64,000 nt of DNA. It comes from Dehalococcoidia bacterium. Lineage in GTDB: Bacteria > Chloroflexota > Dehalococcoidia > UBA2979. The translations under genes and the position numbers were made by a program. Below the pieces are notes generated by a model that saw only the letters and a list, made by a program, of their open reading frames with translations, had not been told where the DNA came from and made no database searches. Where the stretch lies: the NCBI GenBank assembly GCA_965262725.1, contig OZ253555.1, positions 3,072,001 through 3,136,000 of the forward strand, read 5' to 3'. Of this stretch, positions 40,598 through 49,347 are shown one piece after another (positions within the stretch are counted from its first letter, which is position 1; every line of letters begins with the position of its first letter).

Positions 40598-41338
40598 TCA
40601 GCGCGGCGGTGCCGGCGACCCGCCGTTCGCCCCGGCGGCCGGATCGCCCTTCATCCCCGAGACGGCCTCGGCGATTTCGTGGCGAAGCCGCCCGAATACC
40701 TCGGTGACGCTGCCGCGGGCGTCGACAACGGTGAAGGCGTGCTTCTCCGCGAGCCGGCGAAACTCGCCCAGGAGCTGCGTCTGGTAGGTCACGAAGCTTC
40801 CGTAGACATCGTTACCGCCGATGTAGTCGCGCCCCGACTCCCAGTAGTCGAAGCCGCCGCGCGCGAGGACGCGCGGGAGGAGTTCCGGCACGTCGATGTC
40901 GAGGTAGATGACACGGTCGGGGACCAGCGCGAAACCGTAGAGGTCCTCGATCCAGCCTCGCGGTACGCCGCGCACGACGGCGCGCGCCACCATCGAGAAG
41001 ATGTAGCGGTCGACGAGCGCGACCATCCCGGCGCGGAGCGCTGGGAGTATCTGCCGCTCGAGTTGATCCCAGAGGTCGGTCGCATAGAAGAGGTTGAGCG
41101 TGATCGGGTCGAGCGTGTGCCCGCGCTTCGCGCGCTCGATGCCCGAACCGGCGAGCTGCGAGCGTCTCAGCCCCGTGTCGACGACGGCGTAGCCATCGTC
41201 CTCCAGCCACTCCTTGAGCATCGAGACCTGCGTGCTGCGGCCGACGCCATCGGTCCCCTCGATGACGATCAGGCGCCCCGGGAGCGGCTCGTCCCACTCG
41301 CCCGGGGGCGCGACGCCGTAGAAGTGCGGGGTGCTCAT
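40598..41338 (-). CDS. Thymidylate-kinase-like protein (degenerate P-loop)
   Basis: LIVIEGTDGVGRSTQ, DRY, FDYWESG. Confidence 0.85.
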   Translation of the reverse strand: MSTPHFYGVAPPGEWDEPLPGRLIVIEGTDGVGRSTQVSMLKEWLEDDGYAVVDTGLRRSQLAGSGIERAKRGHTLDPITLNLFYATDLWDQLERQILPALRAGMVALVDRYIFSMVARAVVRGVPRGWIEDLYGFALVPDRVIYLDIDVPELLPRVLARGGFDYWESGRDYIGGNDVYGSFVTYQTQLLGEFRRLAEKHAFTVVDARGSVTEVFGRLRHEIAEAVSGMKGDPAAGANGGSPAPPR

Positions 41339-42159
41339 TCCCGCTCCTCCGACCGGAGCGCAGGTAGCCGCACGTAGCGCCCGGAGAGGCCGGCGGCGCG
41401 GAGCGCCTCCTGCACGTCCCCGCCCTCCACGCGCCGCACGCCCTCGAGGTGCGGCGCCACGAGGGCGCGGATCTGCTGCTGCTGGCGCACGAGCGTGCCG
41501 GTGGCGTCGATGCGCGTGAGCCCGAACTCCTCGGTCAGCCGCCCGTACTCGTCAACGATCCGACCCTGGAAGATGCGGAATGACTCGACGATGTCGTCGG
41601 AGAGCCCGAGATCCATCCCCGCTTCGTAGTACTTGATACTGGCGCGCGCCGAGGCGATGCGCCGCATTGCCTCATCGAGCGGCACGTCGAAATAAAACGC
41701 GAGCGTCGGCGTCACCGCGAAGGAGTAGAGGCGGCGCAGCCACTCCCGCGGCACGCCGCGGGCGTGGTCGCGGGCGAATGCCGTGTAGGCGTAGCGGTCG
41801 GCGAGCACGACCGCGCCCGCCCGCATCGCGGGCAGCACTTGCGAGTAGACGCGATTCGCGAAATCCGCGGCGTGGATGAGCGAGAACGACATCGGGGTGA
41901 GCAGCTGGCGCCGCTTCCCGCGGCGCGTGGTGGAGCGCACGATCGGCGCCGAGTTCCACTCCGTGTAGATCGTCAGATAGCCTCGCCCGACGAGCCACTT
42001 GTAGAGCAGATCGATCTGCGTGCTCTTCCCGGAGCCGTCGATGCCCTCGACGATGATCAGGCGGCCCGGAAGCGTCGCGGCGTCGACCCCCAGGTCGGCG
42101 CGCGCCTGCTCCGAGGCGCGGTTGGCGGCCTCGACCACCTCCCCCCCCACGATGCTCAT
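41335..42159 (-). CDS. Thymidylate-kinase-like protein (intact P-loop)
   Basis: LIIVEGIDGSGKSTQ, TEWNS, DRYAYTAFARD, YYEAGMD. Confidence 0.85.
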   Translation of the reverse strand: MSIVGGEVVEAANRASEQARADLGVDAATLPGRLIIVEGIDGSGKSTQIDLLYKWLVGRGYLTIYTEWNSAPIVRSTTRRGKRRQLLTPMSFSLIHAADFANRVYSQVLPAMRAGAVVLADRYAYTAFARDHARGVPREWLRRLYSFAVTPTLAFYFDVPLDEAMRRIASARASIKYYEAGMDLGLSDDIVESFRIFQGRIVDEYGRLTEEFGLTRIDATGTLVRQQQQIRALVAPHLEGVRRVEGGDVQEALRAAGLSGRYVRLPALRSEERE

Positions 42160-43658
42160 CGCCCCGACCCCGCAATCTCCAGCTTGAAGCCGAGCTCCTC
42201 GCGCACCCGCTCCGAGATTACCCCAGGGCGCCAAGCCCGCCCACCCTCGGGGGTGACCCGGAGCACCGAACCCTTCGCGCAGAGGAGGGAGCCAGGCGCG
42301 CGACGCGACCCCGGCGGCTCGCGCCGGAGCAGCTCGTCGGCGAGCGCGAGCACCGTCGCCCCGCGGCAGAGCAGCGCCTGGTCGGCAGGGCGCAGCAGCG
42401 GCGCCAGCTGTCGGATCCGCCACGCCGGCTTCTCCGCGAGCCGCAACAGCGCTGCGATCTCAGCGAGCGAGCGGTGGGTGAAGCCCGCCAGATCGCTTTC
42501 GAGGGCAAGCTCGGCCGCGGTCCGGTGACGGTTGTAAAAGCCGATCGCCGCGCCCACGTCCAGGAGGCGCGCCGCGTGCCCGAGGGACTCCCCGAGCGCG
42601 GCGTCGAGGTCCAGGTCCACGAGCGCCGCGATCTCGCGCGCCATCGCGCGGCGCCTCGCCGGCCGTCCAGGATCCGCGAGCCGGAAGCGAGCGAGCAGCG
42701 AGTCCACGGAGTCCTCGCGCACCTGTGCGGGCGGAGGCAGCGTGTCGCCGAGCGCATCGCGCAGTACTCCCTCGCGCAGCCCCTGCCCGGAGACGAGCAG
42801 TTCCTTCGCGCGCATCGCGTCGGCGACGGCACCCAGCACCAGCGCCCCCGCCACGATCGTGTCGGCGCGCTTCGGGTTGAGCCCCGGCACCGAGCCCGCG
42901 TGCGAGCCGAGCGAGCAGAGCAGTTCGGTGGCGGCCCGCAGGCGGGAGCGCCTGAGCTCGTAGCCGTGCAGCGCCGCCACCGGGTAGCGTGGGCGGCGGG
43001 CGCGGTCAATCTTCGCCAGGTTGCGGGCGGCGCCGCCGGTCACGACCAGCGCCTCGTCCCGCCCGAGCCTCCGGAAGCCGGCGGCGCGGACGGCCTTCCG
43101 GGTCCACTCGCGCAGCGCCTGCGCCTCTTCGCCGGTCGGCGGGTCGCTCGCGAGGAAGCGTGCGCCGGCGCGGAGCGTGCCGAGGGGGAGCGTCGCGGTC
43201 TCCACCAGCGTTCGGTCCCGGAAGCGCACGAGGTCCAGGCTGCCGCCGCCGAGATCGACGAGCACACCGGAGGAGACGGGCATCCCGTAGACGGCGCCCA
43301 GGAAAGCGTAGCGACCCTCGACGGAGGCGTCCGCCACCTCGAGCACGATTCCCATCTCGCCCACGAGCCTCGCGAGATCCGGTCCGTTGCGCGCGTCGCG
43401 GACCGCGGCCGTCCCCACGACGCGAAGGTCGCGCGCACCGGCGCCCACCGCGAGTGCGCGGAAGTCGGCGATGGCCTCGACCACCGCGTCGAGGGCCTCC
43501 CGCGGGAGCCGGCCGCGCTTGTCGAGCCGGCGAGCGAGGAGAAGCCGGCGGTCGAGCTCGTCGACCACCTCGACGTGGGCGCCCGCGCCGCGACGCGCGA
43601 CGAGCACGCGCGTGGTGTTCGATCCGAGATCGACGACTGCGGCGCATTCGGCGGACAG
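42156..43658 (-). CDS. ppx: Ppx/GppA phosphatase family protein (probable CTG start)
   Basis: VVDLGSNT, TAAVRDARN, DLGGGS, GLREG, C-terminal HD-like helical domain. Confidence 0.85.
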   Translation of the reverse strand: MSAECAAVVDLGSNTTRVLVARRGAGAHVEVVDELDRRLLLARRLDKRGRLPREALDAVVEAIADFRALAVGAGARDLRVVGTAAVRDARNGPDLARLVGEMGIVLEVADASVEGRYAFLGAVYGMPVSSGVLVDLGGGSLDLVRFRDRTLVETATLPLGTLRAGARFLASDPPTGEEAQALREWTRKAVRAAGFRRLGRDEALVVTGGAARNLAKIDRARRPRYPVAALHGYELRRSRLRAATELLCSLGSHAGSVPGLNPKRADTIVAGALVLGAVADAMRAKELLVSGQGLREGVLRDALGDTLPPPAQVREDSVDSLLARFRLADPGRPARRRAMAREIAALVDLDLDAALGESLGHAARLLDVGAAIGFYNRHRTAAELALESDLAGFTHRSLAEIAALLRLAEKPAWRIRQLAPLLRPADQALLCRGATVLALADELLRREPPGSRRAPGSLLCAKGSVLRVTPEGGRAWRPGVISERVREELGFKLEIAGSGR

Positions 43659-43797
43659 CGGTGCTCACCTCCGGGGACTCCGCGGTAGCGCCCGGCGACG
43701 GCGGGGCCTCGCTCTCCGCGGCGACGACATCCGCTCCCACCCGCGCGGGAATTCGTCCCTCTGACGTTAGAGGGACGGGCCCCTAGGCTACAGCCCT

Positions 43798-44265
43798 ATG
43801 GTCCCACGCTTCGCCCCTCTCCCCGTCCCCGCTCCCGTGCTCGCCTGTATCGCGATCGCCCGCTCCGACCACGACGCCGAACACGACAACATCAGCGCCG
43901 AGATGAGCGCGGACCTCGACGTGGGCCGCGTGCTCGCGGCGATCGAGGTCGGGCCGGGCCCACCCTCGTGAATTCGTTCCCGGGCGATCCCGCCTCCGTC
44001 GAGCGCGGCCGACCGCTCACCAGGCGAACTACGTGACCTGCCACGGGCCCGTGGGCGCGGACACGGGCCGGACGCCGTCGGGCTCTCACCGGCGCCCGAC
44101 GACCTCGCCCTGCACGTCCTCCTCCACCACGACGCCGACACCTTCGCCTTCATCGCGCGGGGCTTCGCCGGCCCGGCGATGACAGGATGGACCGGCGTGC
44201 TGAGCGACGAGCCGATCTCGGATCTCGTCAACTACCTCCGCGAGCTCGGCGCGCCCGGGCGGTGA
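43798..44265 (+). pseudogene. Decayed c-type cytochrome gene fragment
   Basis: NSFPGDPASVERGRPL..QANYVTCHG (CxxCH with the first Cys lost) and AMTGWTGVLSDEPISDLVNYLR in different frames, with a stop. Confidence 0.65.
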
Positions 44266-44359
44266 GCGGGTTGCGGGGCGGGTGCGCACGGTCGGCGCCC
44301 GATGGTGCATCATCGCCTTCCCGGCCGGCCGCGCGGCCCCGGGGCGTGGGGAGGGACGG

Positions 44360-45559
44360 ATGATGGAGCAGCCATTCGTGGGCGCCCGCGTGGTGGAAGT
44401 CGGAGACGGTGTGGCGGTCGCGGCCGCCTCGAAGCAGTTCGCCGATTTCGGCGCGCGCGTCGTGAAGGTGGAGCGGCCTGCAGGCGGCGAGGTGCGACGC
44501 CTCGCCCCCTTCGCCGACGACCGCCCCCACCTTGAGACGGGCGGCATGCATCTCGCGCTTGACACCGGGAAACGCTCGCTCGCGCTGGACGTGCGCACAC
44601 CCTCGGGGCGCGAGGTGCTCACGCGACTCGCGGGCGCCGCCGACCTGCTCCTCGTCGAGCTGCCGCCGGACGAGTGCGAGCGCGTGCTGGGCGCGGCGCG
44701 CCGCGCCCAGCACGCGCCGGACACCGTCGCTATCACGCCGCACGGGCTGAGCGGGCCCTACCGCGATCGCCGCGAGTCCGAGATGTCCATCTTCGCGTGG
44801 AGTAACCGGATGGCGCGGCAGCGCCCGCCGGAAGGGCCGCCCCTGCGCTACGCGCCCCACACCACCGCCATGCAGGTCGGTTTCACGGCCGCGGCGGTCG
44901 CCTCGGCGGCGCTCTGGGATCGCGAGCGCGGCGGCAAGCGGCGCGACGTCGACATCTCTGCGGTCGAGGCGCATTCCGGGAACGTCGACACGAACTTCAC
45001 GGCGTGGTCTCTCAACCAGGGGATCGCGCCGCTCTCGGCGACGCGCTCTGCGCGCGTCTTCCCGGTCGGCACCTACCGCTGCCGCGACGGATTCGTGCAG
45101 TTCACTGCCGCGGAGCCGCCGTTCTTCCAGCGCTCGTGCGCGGCGATCGGCCGCCCCGAGTGGCCGGAGGACCCGCGCTTCCACGATCCGGCCGTCCGGC
45201 CCGACTACCACGACGACTACATGGAGGTGTTCCTCCCCTGGCTCGCCGAGCGCACGAAGCAGGAAGTCTTCCACGAGATGCAGGGCCACGGCGTCCTTTG
45301 CACGCCGGTGCTCTCGGTCGAGGAGGCCGTGGCCGAGCCCGTGGCCGTCGCCCGGCGCTCCTTCGTCACGGTGGAGCAGCCGGTCGTCGGCGAGATGCTG
45401 CTCGCCGGCGCTCCGTTCCGCCTCGGCGGGATCGAGGGCGAGGCCTTCCGGGCGCTTCCGGCCCCGCGGCTCGGGGAGCACAACGCAGAGATCCTCGACG
45501 AGCTCGGCTACAGCCGCGACGAGCAGATAGCTCTCTTCCGGGCGGGGGTCACTGCATGA
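44360..45559 (+). CDS. Class III CoA-transferase (possibly non-catalytic subunit)
   Basis: GARVVE, ADFGARVVKVE, GKRS, APRLGEHN. Confidence 0.88.
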   Translation: MMEQPFVGARVVEVGDGVAVAAASKQFADFGARVVKVERPAGGEVRRLAPFADDRPHLETGGMHLALDTGKRSLALDVRTPSGREVLTRLAGAADLLLVELPPDECERVLGAARRAQHAPDTVAITPHGLSGPYRDRRESEMSIFAWSNRMARQRPPEGPPLRYAPHTTAMQVGFTAAAVASAALWDRERGGKRRDVDISAVEAHSGNVDTNFTAWSLNQGIAPLSATRSARVFPVGTYRCRDGFVQFTAAEPPFFQRSCAAIGRPEWPEDPRFHDPAVRPDYHDDYMEVFLPWLAERTKQEVFHEMQGHGVLCTPVLSVEEAVAEPVAVARRSFVTVEQPVVGEMLLAGAPFRLGGIEGEAFRALPAPRLGEHNAEILDELGYSRDEQIALFRAGVTA

Positions 45560-46821
45560 CCACGACGGCACTTTCGGGCGTGCGCGTCGTCGAGCTCTCG
45601 GAGGTGTGGGCGGGTCCCTTCGGCGGCTGCCTGCTCGGCGACCTCGGCGCCGACGTGATCAAGGTCGAGTCCTACCCCCGCACGCCACCGACACGGCCGG
45701 TGCAGGTTCCGGACTGGCGCGTCTCCCCCGGCGAGGGGCCGCCGTACGAGCGCTCGTGGGCACAGCACCAGGCGAACCGCAACAAGCGCACCGTGGCGCT
45801 CAACGTCCGCTCGCCCCGCGGGGCGGAGGTGATGCGGCGGCTCGTGAGCACGGTCGATGTGATCATCGACACCTTCTCCGCCGGCACGATGGAGCGGCTC
45901 GGCTTCGGATGGGAGACGCTCCACGAGCTCAACCCCCGCCTCACGGCGATGTCCCTACCCGGATGGGGGGTCGAGGGCCCCTACCGGGGCTACGTGAGCT
46001 TCGGCGTCGGCTTCGACTGCGTGACGGGGCACAGCTTCGTACGCGGCCACCCCTGGCGGCGAGAGGACGACACCCCCGGCTCCACGCACTCCGACGCCAC
46101 GGTCCCGCTCTCTATCGTCTTCGCGGCCGTGGCGGCGCTCCGGCTGCGCGAGCGCACGGGTGAGGGGAGCTTCATCGACCTCTCGCAGGTGGAGCAGCTC
46201 GCCTCCCAGCTCCCGTGGGTGTACGCGGAGTGGGCGCTGAACCGTCGCGAGCCACCGCGCATCGGCGACGGCGACCCGCACATCGCCCCGCACGGCTGCT
46301 ACCAGACGGCCGGCGAGGACGCGTGGGTGGTGATCATCGCCCAGGACGACGAGCAGTGGGCGGGGCTCGCAGCCGCCGCCGGCCACGCGGAGTGGGCCGA
46401 GGACGGCCACCCGTGGGCATCCGTCGCGGGACGGATCCGCGAACGCGACGCCGTCGAGAGCACGATCGCCGCGTTCGCGCGCTCGGCACCGCGCGATGAG
46501 CTGGTCGAGTCGGTGCAGACGCGGGGAGCGATCGCCGCTCCCGTCGCGGATCCGCAGGATCACCTGCTCTCGCCGCAGCTCGCGGCGCGCGAGTGGCTTC
46601 AGACCGTGGATCACCCGTTCACCGGCCCCCGGATGCAGCCCGGCTTTCTCTGGCGGCTCGAGCCAGACGGCCCCTCGTGGGATCGCCCGTGCGGGCTCGT
46701 CGGTGAGCACAACCGTGAGGTGCTCGGGGAGATCGGCTTCGATGCGGAGGAGATCGCCCGGCTCACCGCCGAGGGCGTGATCGGGACGAGCTACGGCGAC
46801 TTCCCGCCGCGCGCCGAGTAG
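45556..46821 (+). CDS. Class III CoA-transferase
   Basis: LSGVRVVE, WAGP, DLGADVIKVE, NRNKR, HSD; ATGA overlap with the upstream gene. Confidence 0.9.
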   Translation: MTTTALSGVRVVELSEVWAGPFGGCLLGDLGADVIKVESYPRTPPTRPVQVPDWRVSPGEGPPYERSWAQHQANRNKRTVALNVRSPRGAEVMRRLVSTVDVIIDTFSAGTMERLGFGWETLHELNPRLTAMSLPGWGVEGPYRGYVSFGVGFDCVTGHSFVRGHPWRREDDTPGSTHSDATVPLSIVFAAVAALRLRERTGEGSFIDLSQVEQLASQLPWVYAEWALNRREPPRIGDGDPHIAPHGCYQTAGEDAWVVIIAQDDEQWAGLAAAAGHAEWAEDGHPWASVAGRIRERDAVESTIAAFARSAPRDELVESVQTRGAIAAPVADPQDHLLSPQLAAREWLQTVDHPFTGPRMQPGFLWRLEPDGPSWDRPCGLVGEHNREVLGEIGFDAEEIARLTAEGVIGTSYGDFPPRAE

Positions 46822-48019
46822 CAACGCCGCCGCCGTCCGCCCGCGGAGGGCCGCCTCCTAGTGTCCTGAATTGGAAATGCGATTGAGATATCCGGTGAGG
46901 TTGGTGTGTCCCGAAGTCGAAGGGCGGGTGACGTGATGACGTAACCGGTCTGGAGACATGCTCGTCGTTGCCAGCCGGTGCGAGTCCGGCACGGGTAACT
47001 GTCAGGAGGCCCGTTAGCAGGTCGGCGGCGCGGACGGGAAACGGTCCACGTCGAAGCCCGACGTCAAGAGCCCTATCAGGGGGAGCAACCAGGCGGTCCG
47101 CAGCATCAAGCGAAGCCTGCCGCGTCGTTAACGGATAGTGGAGGAGCCGAGCCCGGCAATTCAGGGCGAAGGCCATGGACGAGGTGAAGATCCTGAATGC
47201 GCGTTGCGCTGCAGCCTCAAGGAACCTCCCGGCGTAAGGGGCGTGGAACGTTTGGAAGGTAGCGACGGGAACGGGAGAAGCCCTCCCCGGCCCGGCACCC
47301 TGCGAGATGGTGTCGGAGCGAGGTGCCCTATAACCGGTCAAAGCCGGGAAGTGGGCAGCTAGCCGGAAGGGTGACGGAGGGGGTCGTAGTACCGCTTGAG
47401 CCGGACGGACAACACAACCGCCGGTGATGGGAAGGACCCCTGCTTTGCTCACGCGTGGGGAGTAGGGATGAATCGGTGAGTGCCCAAGCGGCTAACTCCA
47501 TCCAAGACAAGGTCCGAACACTACAACGCACGCTTTACCGGGCGGCCAAGGCCGACCCCAATAGACGCTTTCATGCGCTCTACGACAAGGTTTATCGCAG
47601 AGACATTCTGGAGCGCGCGTGGGAGCAGGTGCGTCGCAATCGCGGCGCAGCCGGTATCGACGGCGTCACGCTCGCCGAGGTCGAGCGCTACGGCGTGGAG
47701 CGCCTGCTGGATGAACTGGCCACGGAACTGAAGGAGGGAAGCTACCGGGTGCAGCCGAGCCGCCGGGTCTGGATACCCAAGCCCGGTCGGTCGGAAGAGC
47801 GCCCGCTCTCGATTCCTTCGGTCCGCGACCGCATCGTGCAGGCGTCGCTGAAGCTCGTGACGGAGCCGGTCTTCGAGGCCGACTTCCTGCCATGCAGCTT
47901 CGGCTTCCGCCCGAAGCGTTCGGCCCATGACGCCCTGCAGGTCCTCATTGACGAGGCGTGGCGGGGCAGGCGGTGGGTAGTGGAGACGGACATCGCCTCG
48001 TGTTTCGAGTCGATACCGC

Positions 48020-48881
48020 GTGCGTCCGGAAGTCGAAGGGGTGGTGACGTGATGACGTGACCGGTCCGGAGACATGCTCGTTGCTGCCAGCCGGTGAGAG
48101 TCCGGCACGGGTAACTGTCAGGAGGCCCGTTAGCAGGTCGGCGGCGTGGACGGGAAACGGTCTGCGTCGAAGCCCGACGTCAAGAGCCCTATGAGGGGGA
48201 GCAAACGTGCGGTCCGCAGCATGACGCGAAGTCTGCCGCGCCGTGAGACTCGCCTGTCTATTGACAGGACCAAGGAGGAGCCGAGCCCGGGTGGTCAGGG
48301 CGAAGGCCATGGACGAGGTGAAGATCCTGGAATGCAGCCTCAAGAAACCTCCCGGCGTATGGGACGTGGAACGTACGGAAGGTAGCGACGGGAACCGGAG
48401 AAGCCCTCCCCGGCCCGGCACCCTGTGAGAGGGCGTCGGAGCGAGGCGTCCTATAACCGGTCAGAGCCGGGAAGTGGACAGCCAGCCGGAAGGGTGGCGG
48501 AGGGGGTCGTAGTACCGCTGGAGCCGGACGGACAACATAACCGCCGGTGATGGGAAGGACCCCTACTTTGTCCGTGCATGTTGCTGGGGGTGTGGACTGG
48601 TGAGTGCCCCTCGGGGCTAGCAACCACTTGGTAGGGTTCGAGGCTCTCCGCACATGCTGTACCGGCTGGCCAAGGCACGACCCACGTTGTGGGGAGCGCT
48701 GCATGCCATCTGGTGAAGGGCATCGGTGAGCCGGATGAGGGAGAACCTCACGTCCGGTTCGATGTGGCAGGGGCTGGAGACGGACGCTGCTATGGCCGTG
48801 GAGTTGGGCACCACCGGGAAACCGGCTTGGAACTGATGCGCCACCGCCTACGGCTCGCACCGCGCCAGCCCCTGACCCTAC
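48020..48881 (+). mobile_element. ORF-less group IIB intron, inner, copy 1 (862 nt)
   Basis: 5' GTGCG; DV; 3' CTGACCCTAC; removal restores the RT codon C|AC (SIP-H-DRL). Confidence 0.93.
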
Positions 48882-49347
48882 ACGACCGTCTGATGACGGC
48901 CGTCGAGGAACGGATATGCGACCGCAATCTCCTGAAGCTGGTACGGGCGATGCTGCGTGCCGGTGTGATGGAGTCGGGGGTCGTGCAGCACAGCGCGACG
49001 GGTACGCCGCAGGGCGGGGTGATGTCCCCGCTGCTGGCCAATGTCTACCTGCACCGGTTGGACCGGGACTGGGAGGCGAAGGGTGATGGCGTGCTGGTGC
49101 GCTATGCGGATGACCTCGTGGTGCTCTGCCGGAGCCGGGAGGAAGCGGAGCGGGCGTTGGCCCTGCTGCGTGACCTGCTGGGTGAGCTCGGACTGGAGCT
49201 CAAGGCGGAGAAGACGCGCATTGGGAATGATGCTCTGAATTGGCCCCACCTGGAGCCGTTTTGATCCTTTGAATTGGCCCCACCCCCGACCCATCCAGGA
49301 CCTACGCTCGGGTGACTGCATGACTCCCGGAGCGAGGGAAGAGGAGT

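Noticed and set aside
47206-47219. CAGCCTC as EBS1 of the outer intron (pairs with GAGGTTG)
   Set aside because: The same motif is unchanged in the inner intron, whose exon differs; the loop at 47157-47161 covaries with the target instead.
47455-49264. RT fragments as a retron, DGR or defence RT, or as two separate genes
   Set aside because: They are flanked by group II domains with DV/DVI and join precisely into one intron-encoded protein; the MGSAACHL.. N-terminus of the 328-aa and 191-aa ORFs is read-through of ribozyme sequence.
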